In this document: positions 1 through 12,926 of the stretch, piece by piece
Position numbering within the stretch: position 1 is the first letter of the stretch
Layout: each line of letters starts with the position of its first letter
Assembly: GCA_964016885.1 (NCBI GenBank)
Contig: OZ024742.1
Location: forward strand, 263,438,001 to 263,502,000
Length of the DNA: 64,000 nucleotides
Direction: 5' to 3'
From: Eledone cirrhosa
Taxonomy: Eukaryota
Translations under genes and position numbers: made by a program
The notes under the pieces: model-generated
The model's input: the letters and a program-made list of their open reading frames with translations, nothing else
Databases searched by the model: none
Told to the model about the DNA's origin: nothing

Positions 1-394
1 TTGTATTTATTTACTTTGTTCTTAACTCTGTAGCGGAGATTCATTTGGTCTCCTAGTTAGAATTTTAGTCTACGACTTCTGCTATACCATTTACATGGTT
101 TTGTCTTTGCGTGCTATTGTTCTCCACGCTCCACATATGACTCATTATCTTCGTTTATTGCCAGAGAACGTCTCTATGCACGACCTAAGAGAACATTAGT
201 CTACGACCTCTTTTATACCATAAACGTGGTTCTCTCTTTGCGCGTAATTGTTTTTCACCGCTCCTATTAATGACGTATTATTCGTTTTTTCCCGTTCTTT
301 GCCAGCGAACGTTACCACGAACCAAAGTATCGTCTTCCTCCGGTTGCAACGTTTTTTGAAATATCCAGTTCTGCGTTTACAGATTGACTTTGTT

Positions 395-445
395 AGTTTC
401 AGAAGATCCCGTTAAGGGTGAAAGCAGCGATTCTTTGCTTAAACT
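395..445 (+). ncRNA. Hammerhead-like fold with CAGAAGA core variant
   Basis: agttt-CAGAAGA-tccc gttaa gggt-GAAAgca...tgcTT^-aaact; repeated at ~10724 and ~39583. Confidence 0.5.
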
Positions 446-465
446 TTAATCTGTTATTTAATAAA

Positions 466-492
466 TATATGTATTGTATATATATATATATG

Positions 493-538
<46 letters not shown>

Positions 539-674
539 TGTATATATATATATATATATATATGTATTGTATATATATATATATATATATATGTATTATA
601 TATATATATGTATTGTATATATATATATATTGTATATATATATATATATATGTATTGTATATATATATATGTAT

Positions 675-714
<40 letters not shown>

Positions 715-730
715 ATATACATATATGTAT

Positions 731-790
<60 letters not shown>

Positions 791-1263
791 ACATATATAT
801 ATTTACAATACATATATATATATATTTACAATACATATATATATATATTTACAATACATATATATATATATATTTACAATACATATATATATAAAATACA
901 TATATTTATATATATATATATTTACAATACATATATATATATATATATACAATACATATATATATATAATACATATATATATATATATATAAAATACATA
1001 TATTTATATATATATATATTTACAATACATATATATATATATATATACAATACATATATATATATAATACATATAAATATATATAATACATATATATATA
1101 TACAATACATATATATATATATACAATACATATATATATATACAATACATATATATATATACAATACATATATATATACAATACATATATATATATATAT
1201 ATATACAATACATATATATATATATATATACAATAAATATATATATATATATACAATAAATAA

Positions 1264-1306
<43 letters not shown>

Positions 1307-1454
1307 ATATATATATATATACAATATATATATATATATATACAATATATATATATATATATATACAATATATATATATATATATACAATATATATATAT
1401 ATATACAATATATATATATACAATATATATATATATATATACAATATATATATA
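466..1454. repeat. Interrupted (TA)n array
   Basis: gtattg interruptions in the left part, caatac in the right part. Confidence 0.9.
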
Positions 1455-1602
1455 TTCGATTTTCTAGCAAAAAGCCACCAGCCTTAAGCAACTAACCACA
1501 CTCCTTCCAACCTGACCGCTGCTACGTCACGATTCTTAGCCATTTTTGAATGTATTCTTGGCGCGATCACTTTGTAAAATTTATTGTCTAGATTTGAGCA
1601 AA

Positions 1603-1676
1603 CTCCTGAAGAGTCCGGTGCTCAAGGTTCCGAAGTTATCGGAAATCTTAAAATGCGGACGAAACCATGGTCGAGG
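1603..1676 (+). ncRNA. Type I hammerhead ribozyme with extended stem II
   Basis: ctc-CTGAAGA-gtccg...cggac-GAAAC-catg-GTC^-gag; palindromic stem III loop. Confidence 0.8.
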
Positions 1677-1943
1677 TAAATAAATGTATTCTCATTTCTC
1701 CTAGTTTATTTTACACCTAATTCTGTTTAATTGACTGTATATCTAGGCGATTATGCTGTCGAAATATTCGATAAATATTCCGTAGCAGCCGGCGCGAAGG
1801 GCTGGTTTCGGTTATTTGTTGGAGATTTATTCATAGAAGCCTATATATATATATGTGTATTGTATGGATGCTATGACGTCACCTTGGTGTTAATTATGTG
1901 AAGGACATTGCTACATACACATTTTACTGTCGTCTTATACTAT

Positions 1944-2261
1944 AGGCGGCGGTGAGATGTTTGAACATCGGATAGAATGCTTTGCGGTATTCGTTCCAGC
2001 TCTCTGAGTTCAAAACCCACCGAGGTTGACTTTGCCTTTCATTCTTTCGAGTTCGATAAAAATGTACCGGTTCAGTAGTGGGGTCGATTCCTCCTCAATA
2101 TCTTTTTCTCACTTTCTCTTTATCACTCTCTCTTTATCCTTCACCGAAAGAAATCGGTTGTGTTTAGACCTGGAGAGTGACGGGCTCGACCAGATTTAAA
2201 ATGCCCAAGACACGCTGTATGTCACTACGGCGCCCCTGCGACTCTATCAGGAGTTACGGGT
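1944..2261 (+). mobile_element. SINE, extended subfamily
   Basis: B-box-like gagttcaaaaccc plus core ccgaggttgactttgcctttcat...tcgataaaa.gtacc, repeated many times in the window. Confidence 0.75.
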
Positions 2262-2892
2262 ACATGCATGCATACATACATACATATATACATGTATGCA
2301 TACATACATACATATATACATGCATGCATACATACATACATATATACATGCATGCATACATACATACATATATACATGCATGCATACATACATACATATA
2401 TACATGTATGCATACATACATACATATATACATGTATGCATACATACATACATATATACATGTATGCATACATACATACATATATACATGTATGCATACA
2501 TACATACATATATACATGTATGCATACATACATACATATATACATGCATGCATACATACATACATATATACATGTATGCATACATACATACATATATACA
2601 TGTATGCATACATACATACATATATACATGTATGCATACATACATACATATATACATGTATGCATACATACATACATATATACATGCATGCATACATACA
2701 TACATATATACATGTATGCATACATACATACATATATACATGCATGCATACATACATACATATATACATGTATGCATACATACATACATATATACATGTA
2801 TGCATACATACATACATACATACATGCATGCATACATACATACATACATATATACATGTATGCATACATACATACATATATACATGCATGCA
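2262..2892. repeat. 28-bp higher-order microsatellite, ~22 units (catgYatgcatacatacatacatatata)
   Basis: Direct reading. Confidence 0.9.
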
Positions 2893-2894
2893 TG

Positions 2895-3230
2895 GTATGG
2901 TTCCGTAACTCTTGATAGAGTCATAGGGGCGCCGTATTGATATACGGCATTTCTAGGGCATTTTATGCCTGGCAGAGCCCGTCACTCTCCTGGTCTGAGT
3001 ACAGGAGATTTCCTCCAGAGAAAGATAGGAAGTGAGAACGAGGAAATGAGAAAGAGATATAGAGGAAGAATCGACCCCAGTACTAGAGTGGTACTTCTTT
3101 TTATCGACCTAGAAAGGATGAAAAGCAAAGTTGACCTCGGCGGGATTAGAACTCAGAGAGCAGAGAACCCGAACAAATACCATAAAGCATTCTATTCGAT
3201 GTTCTAACGACTCTCCCAATTCGCTGCCTA
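2895..3230 (-). mobile_element. SINE, extended subfamily (inverted partner of 1944-2261)
   Basis: Reverse-complement homology along the whole length. Confidence 0.75.
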
Positions 3231-3723
3231 AATACATACATACAACAGGGTTAATTTCAAAACATTTGCTTAAATGCTTGTTTGATTAATTCATATAAAA
3301 CAGCAAACATGTTTATAATATTTAGCTAAAATAAAGATTACGGCTTGAAAATATTACGTTAATACTATGTCTCTTATAAAATATTAAATTTTTCCTCCTC
3401 TTACTTATGGAAATACTCTATACAGCTAATTGTCTCTGAATGTTGGATTGCAACAATTTTATGGAAATTTTATCCCACATAATTATATACTAAAACAAAA
3501 ATTGCCTTAAGGTACAAAAATAAAATGAAACTAAAAGCTGTAATTTCTGTTTTTATATCACTCTACCTCAAGACATTTATCGGTTTACAGAATACACTGG
3601 GTGTCGTCGAAAGTTATGATTTGGAGTTAACATAATTTCTTTGGAATATTTTTTTCTTTCTTTTTCTTTTCCATATATATACAATTTAGTAAAAGCAAAG
3701 CAAGATATTTTTCGAATGCTTAC

Positions 3724-3768
3724 CTCATCAGCCTCGTTGTTATCGTCATCAAGGTTAACAATTTTAGC
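3724..3768 (-). CDS. Small exon of host gene (AKIVNLDDDNNEADE)
   Basis: gtttcgtttcAG| 45 nt |GTAAGC, phase 0/0. Confidence 0.75.
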
Positions 3769-4007
3769 CTGAAACGAAACAATTGAATGTTACCGACATT
3801 AGTGCAAAGAAAATTGAATGAGTAGCCATGATACGATATTCAATTCAAAGCCAGTGAAAGACAAAACTATTTTCTCCACTCTTATTTATTTCAGGCGTTT
3901 TTCCTTATTTCTAAAGGGCTATACAGAGAATGATGTTTCATTATCTGAATTATTGAATTGTTGCAAATGGACGAGTCAATTGAGTAACGAACAACAGGGT
4001 TGTTCGC

Positions 4008-4298
4008 TGAGAGACGGCGAATTGGCAGAGTCGTTAGAACGTCGGATAGAATACTTTGTGGTATTCGTTTCGGCTCTCTACTCTCTAAGTTCAAATCTCG
4101 CCGAGGTCAACTATGCCTTTCATCCATTGGAAGTCGAAAAAAAGTACCAATCAAGTACTGGGGTCGATTCTTCCTCTATATTCCTTTCTCACTTCCATTT
4201 TCTCATTCTCTATCCCCTGGATGAAATCCACCGTATTCATATCAGGAGAAGGATGGGCTCCGTCAGGTTTTTAAAAATCCCTTAAGAACACCGTATTT
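4008..4298 (+). mobile_element. SINE, extended subfamily
   Basis: Same head, core and extension as 1944-2261. Confidence 0.7.
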
Positions 4299-4908
4299 TA
4301 TCTTATATTGAGTTCTTTGCATTTGTATATGTTAAAAATAGAGGACAAGAAGCAACTGATTGAATCGTTCTCTAGTACAATTTGTCTTTAACAAATATCG
4401 GAGCAGAGCAGGGATGAAAGATATAGTAAACTTAGCTAGGATTTTAACTCAAACATTAACGGACGAACCTCATTACTCTAAGGTGTCCGACAGGGCACAC
4501 ATGCTCAAGGACATAACGCATTGCCCGGTCCACGAATCGAACTCACAACCTCACGATTGCGAATCCAATTCTCTTACCACTCAGCCACCCGCTTTCACTA
4601 TTTACTATATTTACTTATATAATATATATCATTTGATATTTAATATACTAATATATCGTCTCTACCGCCCCCTGGGGACGGTAGCCCCCCCCTTTGAGAA
4701 CCTTCGACATAATACATGACAAGCCCGGCCCTTTGAATTACTGATGCAGTCGATCTGACGGGTATCCGAACAGATTCCATCTACCCAATTTCACTTACAA
4801 GGTATGGGTTAACTCCGGGGCAATAATAAATAACATTTGCCCGCATATCAAATAATAACAATAACAACAAAAAACAAGAAATGACTGAAGTTAGTGACTA
4901 TAACATAC

Positions 4909-4971
4909 CCTTCTCATTCGTATTGAGTGAGCAAATTCTTCCCAGCCTTCAAGAGCATCTTCAAATTTCAA
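4909..4971 (-). CDS. Small exon of host gene (LKFEDALEGWEEFAHSIRMRR)
   Basis: tttctttcctgaaaccAG| 63 nt |GTATGT, phase 0/0, open frame. Confidence 0.7.
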
Positions 4972-5194
4972 CTGGTTTCAGGAAAGAAAAAAAGATATTA
5001 GTTATGAACATGATGGTACACTTTATTCTCTCTCCCTCATTCCCTCTCATTCACTCTCTGTCTCTCACTCAGCCACTCTCTAAGTCTCTTTTTCTACATA
5101 CATGCATCTATAAATATATACGTACATGCACATATATATGTATACAGACATACATACATACATAGATTCATGCATACATACATACACACATATA

Positions 5195-8100
5195 TGATGG
5201 CTGCACACTCTGCCAAGTGTATTGCAATCGCTTGTCAGATTCAGATGTGGGACGCTCGGATATGGCTTTTCAAGCCTGCTAGAGACTTGTACTCATTCAC
5301 ACACTGACGACAACTATGGATCTCCCTGGCTTGAGGTCCCGCATCAGGTTGGCTGTGAACCCTCACAACACCGTGGAGATCATAGTTCACTGGTTTTCTT
5401 TGAACATGGCTGCGACTGTGGCTCCTGAGACCAGATTTGCTCAAGCAAATGTTTCCACACTCAGGGCACTTCAATTCAATGGAGACACTGATCGTTTCGA
5501 GAGATACACCAGGGCATTGGTTACGCACATCCCGTTTGATCTTCTCGTGCTCCATGCGTTTGTCCTCAAAATTATGGACCCCATCATTCACCATTCCACA
5601 CCAAGTCTCTCTTTCAAGAGCTTCTATCTCCCAGTCAGCCATCATAAAACCAGTTTTTTTCAATGAGTCCTTTACACAATCCTTGAATCGGAGCTTTGGT
5701 TTGTGAGGTTGTCTCTTACCCTCACAAAGCTCGCCATACAAGAGTTGTTTTGGGACTCGATCATCATCCATTCTGCAGAGGTGTCCGGTCCATCGCAAAC
5801 GCCGTTGGTGGATGATACTCTCAATGCTCCGACACTAACTTCTCTCAAGGACATCAACATCACTCACATGCATCTGCCACTTGATACCAAGCATCTTTCT
5901 GAGACACTGCTGGTGAAACCGTTCCAGTCTGTGGACATGTCGTTTGTAGGCAACCAATGTCTCACATGCATACAGCAAAGCTGACAGTACACATGCAGCA
6001 TACACTCTCACCTTGGTCCTCATTGTGATTCCTCGCCTGCACCAAAGACGGTCGTTGAGCCTTCCAAATGACTCACTTGCCTTACTAACATGTAGACCAA
6101 CTGTATCCAGAGAGCAGGTCACACTCAGAGTACTTCCCAAATACACAAATGTGTCAGCAGCCTTCAGCTTTTGACCGTATACGTGTATGGAGGGTTCATT
6201 GAAAACTTTATCCAGAGCAGGTTAGTACATGACGACAGTCTTCTTCAGACTGATTGTCAGTCCCAAAGCACTGCACGCATTGGAAAAAGAATCCATAAGG
6301 TGTTGCATGTCACTCTGGGAGTGTGCAAAGATATCACAATCATCTGCATATAAAAATTCTCGGATCAAGGTACTCAGTACCTTAGTGTTGGCAGTGAGAC
6401 GCCTAAGGTTAAACAGCTTGCCGGAAGTGCGATATCTGAGATAGATACCGTGTTGACAATCCTCGAAGGCCACGAAGAACACCATCGCGAAATACAAGGC
6501 AAACAAAGTTGGTGCAGGTATATCACCCTGCTTGACACCATTTTCAACCGAGATTGGCTCAGGCAGTTTACCTTCAACATTCACCCATGCATCGTGGAAG
6601 AGTTTCAGAATGTTCACAAACTTTTCAGGACAGCCCAATCTCTCCAAAATAACCCACAAAGCCTTCCGATTAAAGGTGTCAAATGCCTTGGTCAGATCGA
6701 CAAAAACTTGCTATAAATCCATGCGTTGCTCAATGCATTTCTCTTGAAGTTGTCTGGCCGAGAAGATCATGTCAACAGTGCCTCTGCCATTCCTAAAGCC
6801 ACATTGGGACTCAGGAAGTACCCCAACAGCAATGTGCTGTATCAATCTGTCCAACAATATCCTGCTCAAGATCTTCCCAGCCACAGATAGCAGTGAAATA
6901 CCACAGTCATCTTTGGCTCCCTTTCCTTTGTAAAGTACCACCATCAATGCATATTTCCAATCCTGTGGCACATCTTCATTCCAAATATTCACAAAGAGAT
7001 CAGTGAGGCGGTTTAAGAAGTTATCACCAGCACACTTGAAAATCTCGGCACTCAGTCCATCCATTCCAGGTGACTTGCCGCTGTTTAATTTGGCAATGGC
7101 CTTCGCCACCTGAAGGAGGATCAGCCATTGCCAGCTTTGTAGGTCTGGATGGAATCGACCGGATGAACTCATCATCAATTTCTGATGGTCTGTTGAGAAG
7201 CTCATCAAAGTGGTCATGCCACCTGATCAGGATTTTCTTCGGATCTCTGAGCAATTCATTGCTGTCCCCGGAGCGAAGTGGTGATATTCGTGAACCGGTC
7301 GGACCATACACATCCCTGAGCAGACTGTATAGGAGCTTTGTATCATGTCTATCTGAGACCTTCTGGATTTTATCAGCATTTTGGCTCCACCAGGTATCCT
7401 GCATGGCTCTGAATCGATGTTGCACACGTGCCTTGATCTGCCTGAGGGTCCGGTCACTCCTGTCAGAACGTGTCTCACACAACAATGATGTCAGCACTTT
7501 TTGTTTCTCTTCAAGCAAGGTCTGGATCACTGGATCATTTTCATCGAACCAGTCTTTATGCTTTCTATTGGTATGACCCAAAACTCCAGCACTAACACCA
7601 TAGACGGTTTTCTTCAATGATTCCCAAGTGTTTTCACATTCCATGGACTCAAGGGATTTCGACAGCTCAGCTCTGACTTTCTCTGTTTTCAGACGTGCCA
7701 CGTTTAGTTGTTTTGGAAGTGCAACCTTCTTCCCCCTTACTTTGGGCTTCACAACAAATTGAAACTTGGCGCGCACCAGACGATGATCAGTCCAACATCC
7801 CGCGCCTCGCAATACACGAACCAATGTGATATCCCTGATATTACGTTTTCTCGTTAAAACGAAGTCAATAAGGTGCCATTTCTTGTAACCTGGATGCATC
7901 CAAGTTGTCTTATATTTGTCTTTCTGCTGAAAGAGCGTGTTCCCAACAACAAGATCCATCTCAGTGCACATCTGCAACAGAAGTAGGCCATTGTTATTGC
8001 ACTTACCTACTCCATGCCTGCCCATCACACTCCAAGCTTCCCAGTTATTACCAACACGTGCATTAAAATCACCAAGGATGACAATCTTGTCTGCATAAGG

Positions 8101-9132
8101 TATACCATGGATGACCTCTCTCAAAGACATGTAGAAACTTAGTTTTTCATCATCACTAGCACACATAGTAGGAGCGTACACACTGACCAGAGTCACAAAG
8201 CGGTTTTGAATCAGAAGGACTCTCATGGACATTATCCGATCATTGAATCCACAAGGAAGATTTTCCAGCTTTGAGACGATTCCATTCCTGACTGCAAATG
8301 CGACCCCTGCCCCTCTGCTACAACCCTCTGCTTCACCACTCTAATAGAAGGTATATCCTCCCTTCTGTTCTGTGAATTGACCCTCACCTGCCAATCTCGT
8401 TTCTGAAAGAGCAACGATGTCCATGCTATAGCGATCGAGTTCCCTCGATACCAAAGCAGATCTTCTTTCAGGGCGAGTTTTACTGGACTGGGAATCCAGT
8501 AAAGTTCTCACATTCCAACATCCAATATTCAGAGGTTTGAGCCTCCTTGCAGTTGTAGGATGATGACCGGGCCCACGCTGCGGTGCCATGGGACACCTGC
8601 CGAACCAGACCCCTTCACAATAAGTTCTAGAGCTCTTACTGCTATTGACCTCAAGGTTATCATCTGTCATCATAGAGTTTGGTGCACTTTTAGGCTACGG
8701 CCAGCCACACGAACCTGTAACAGATCCTGAACAAGCGATGCCTGTGCTTTGAAGGTTTTTTAAGTGGGGAAAGGCCTTGCACGCGACCAATTCCACTCTC
8801 TGAGCATCGAAAACACTACCCGAAAAGGAGAACTGGTCAACATCATCGGATGCTTCCAAAGGCGCAGGTTTCCCTCTCCTAGAAAGGTGTTGTGACAACA
8901 ACAGGGGGCCCTTCACTCCCAGGTAAAAAAAAAGTACTATTTGGATGGCCGTTGACTCTGCTGGGTTCCTCCGCCTTTTGCGAGGTTTTGTATTTCATCC
9001 CGTAGGGTGTCCAAATATCACCCTCCTCACCAAGCAAGCTTGGTGGGGTTGCCAGTTTAGTCGCCGACGACCCGACCGTGAGACAGGTAGTACTGGGTTA
9101 CATGTTACCAGTAGCACTCGAGAGCAACCTGA
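5195..9132 (-). mobile_element. Full-length but frameshifted RTE-clade LINE (APE endonuclease, RT, two C-terminal C2H2-like fingers)
   Basis: Fragments LNIGCWNVRTL, VYAPT, GDFNARVG, HLIDFV, TDHRLV, PESQCGFR, GVKQGD, LYADD, YLGS, CPECGNICLSKSGLRSHSRSH across several frames. (CATA)n on both sides. Confidence 0.93.
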
Positions 9133-9758
9133 CACATATATACATACATACATACATATATATATATACATGCATACATACATATATATATACATACATA
9201 CATAGATACATACATACATGCATACATACATATATATATATATATACATACATCTATATATGAATGCATGCCGACATACATACATACACACACGCATACA
9301 TACATACACACGTACATATATACATACAAGAACATACACATATACATACATACATACACACATATACATACATACAAGAACATACATTTATACAAAAGCA
9401 GACAGCAGCTTACTATTTATAATAAGGCTTCATTAAAATCTGTTTCTTTCAACACTGGCTGAAGAACTGAGTAGTCACAGGAACATGCAGATGTTCTGTA
9501 AGGTTTACCGTAAGATAAATATAAACTTTATATGGAAGTTTTTGAGATTAATTCTTACTGATTATTTATTTCATATAGAAACTAGTCATAGCCTCAACTC
9601 ATTTTAAACTAGTTACAGAGCACTATCAGTGAACAATGCATTGATTAGACAAATCAAGATGCATTGTAATGTTCATTGTAACGATTCACATAGAGTAAAA
9701 TACGCACAGACAGACACACACACACGCACACACACACACACGCACACAGACACACACA

Positions 9759-9880
<122 letters not shown>

Positions 9881-10337
9881 GACACACACAGATATGTGTA
9901 AATCTCGTGCCATGAGGCATCACACGTTTTCCCTGACGTCACACAAAAATGTATGTGTTTTGTATCTTAACGGCTATAAATTAATTGTTTCTACTTTTGG
10001 CACAAGGCCAGCAACTGTCCCAGTGCATTACTGGTACTTTATTTATCGACCCCATAAGGATGAAAGGCAAAGCTAACCTCTTTGTCTTTCGTTCCTTACT
10101 CCTTTGGACAGCGTTTGGATTATGTCAGACGCTGTGACCCCGGATAGACCAGCAGTACCGTTGGTAGGGGTCGAAACTGCCTAAGTCCATCTCAACGGCT
10201 GATGACCATGGAGTTCTGTCTTTCGTTTGTATATTTATTTAAAAAAATAAATTTTTAAGGTTTCCCCTTAAAAAATTGTTTTTCGTTTTGTTTTGTTTCC
10301 GTTGGTTGTCTTGTCCTTTCTTTGTTAATTTTCTATT

Positions 10338-10624
10338 TCTTGGTTAAGAGAGTGGGACTGGCTTTGTGCAGTGCCTTTGCTCACTATAAAAGCTTCACTG
10401 CACAGGCATTGCTTTATATCTGGAGATCTCTCTGCACTTGTCGTCACATGGTACCAAGGGCCCAGCACTATGTGTCAATAATTGTCACAAGTGTAGTGTT
10501 TGTACCAGAGTTTTCAAGTCGCTGGCTGGACTAAAAAGTCACACTCGTTCAGCGCATCGGTAGGGGTTCTCCTACATGGATATAAAGTAATGGCCATACT
10601 CAAAAACGAGTTGGCAGCCACCAT
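10338..10624 (+). mobile_element. Non-autonomous RTE derivative, 3' half
   Basis: Matches 38783-39067; encodes [23 protein letters not shown]. Confidence 0.8.
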
Positions 10625-10849
10625 ATATATATATATATATATATATATAGTAATAATAATAATAAATGTGAAGACTAAAATCCAAAGAGAGCACGATAAG
10701 GATAAATATATCAAATATATATGAGTTTCAGAAGATCCCGTTAAGGGTGAAAGCACCGATTCTTTGCTTAAACTTTAATCTGTTATTTTAATATATATAG
10801 ATACATACATACATACATATATATTTATATATATATATATATATATACA

Positions 10850-10880
<31 letters not shown>

Positions 10881-10887
10881 CCACACC

Positions 10888-10928
<41 letters not shown>

Positions 10929-11159
10929 TTGATATATTTATCCTTATCATGCCCTCTTTGGATTTCCAAATTGAAGGATGAGTATTTAAACTTTATTTTA
11001 TTCTGAGTTAAGACTCTATTGGTTTTCCCCCTGGATTTCACAAAATCTGTGGATAAAATCTCTTGATTTTATTTTTAATTGAGTTAGAATTATTTTCCAA
11101 TATCTTACGTTAAATATTTTCCATTTTGACGTTATCGTCACATTAATTTCTCTACTTTC

Positions 11160-11467
<308 letters not shown>

Positions 11468-11734
11468 GTGTGTGTTATATATGCGACTTCATAGCCAAAT
11501 AGTTTAGAAGTTCGTTTTGCGGTCATGAAACATAGGTTCGTTCCTACCGCACAACACTTTGAGGTAGTGTCTTCTACCATAGTCTCGGGTTTGACTAATT
11601 CTTGTGAGTGGAATTGGGTAGATGGAAATTGTTGGAAGCCTATCGATTGATAGAGCTATAACTGTAGTTTAAAGGACTTAATTGTCTCCATTTCTGTCTC
11701 TGTCTGTCTCTGTCTGTCTCTGTCTGTCTCTCTA

Positions 11735-11819
<85 letters not shown>

Positions 11820-11867
11820 TAAGGGTACATGTGTCTATACAAAACTCAGACATTTTATTTCCATTAC

Positions 11868-11921
11868 CTCATCAGTATTGTTGGTCACTTTCTTGGTCTC
11901 ATGGACATGGATATCTTCTTC
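11868..11921 (-). CDS. Small exon of host gene (EEDIHVHETKKVTNNTDE)
   Basis: ttctattgcAG| 54 nt |GTAATG, phase 0/0, compatible with the giant exon donor. Confidence 0.75.
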
Positions 11922-12926
11922 CTGCAATAGAAATTCTCACCGTAAGTTAAATAGCAATACTGCTTAGCAATACTTCACACAAGGCGGTTGTTACTACAAC
12001 CGCAAAAGCAGTAACAGCAGCTCCCCCAACAAACAGTCACAACTACCACCACCACTACCAGCACCAGCAACAACACTAGGATTACATTATCATTTATTTA
12101 GACATAATGTATATAGGATTACATTATCTAATGCGTCTGTCTTCCTTTTAAGACATTAGAAGATTACTTGGGGGAGATTTAGTATCAATTACCAGGAGTT
12201 GTAGTGATCACACAGAGTCATACAAAAGTTATTAAAAATGAGAGATGTCTATTATCTTAACTGACTCCAAGTCTAGACGATGGATAAAGTTAAAAGAATA
12301 AGCCGGGGAGAACCAGTGCAAGTAGAGGGCAGTGCAAACTCTATTGTTCTATCTGACAGTATCGGAAGTATCTAAGATATAAAAAAGATTGGTATGTGGT
12401 ACTATGGTGGATCGTTCTAACATGTTATATAGAAATCGGAATTAAAATAACATGATTTTATCCAAACTAGGAATGGATTAGTCGACAAGGCTATTAAAAT
12501 GTTGGCAATTTTAGTGCTTACAAGAATCTAGTTCACATTCTTTGTAGATCAGCCTAGTTGTTGGTTCTGAATCTAAATAATAACATTCCCGAAGTAACCT
12601 ATGCAAATATAAAGTCGTATCATTCGATTCATGTAATAATTGAAATGTTTTCAAAGCCTTAGTGAAATTTCAAGGGATGTTGTTTAGCTTTGGTTTTATG
12701 GTATTTTATCCCGTGGATATGATTTGGTACGTATCCTCTACCATAGCTAAGTAAACTAGCACAGAGAAGATTTGAACTCATAACTTAGGAGCATCTCTTT
12801 CAATACTTTACCCACTAAACCATCGCATTTTCGTACTAAGAATAAGCTTCAACCTTTATGAATTAGTTCAGGATTTTTTTAGGACGAATAGGAATGATAA
12901 AATGCAATTTATTTTTCAACACTTAC

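Noticed and set aside
399-2940. Long YI/HT/CV/MYV-repeat ORFs here and throughout the window
   Set aside because: Translations of (TA)n, (CA)n and (TATG)n microsatellites, which lack stop codons
9414-9495. Candidate minus-strand exon with AG/GT
   Set aside because: Stops in all three frames
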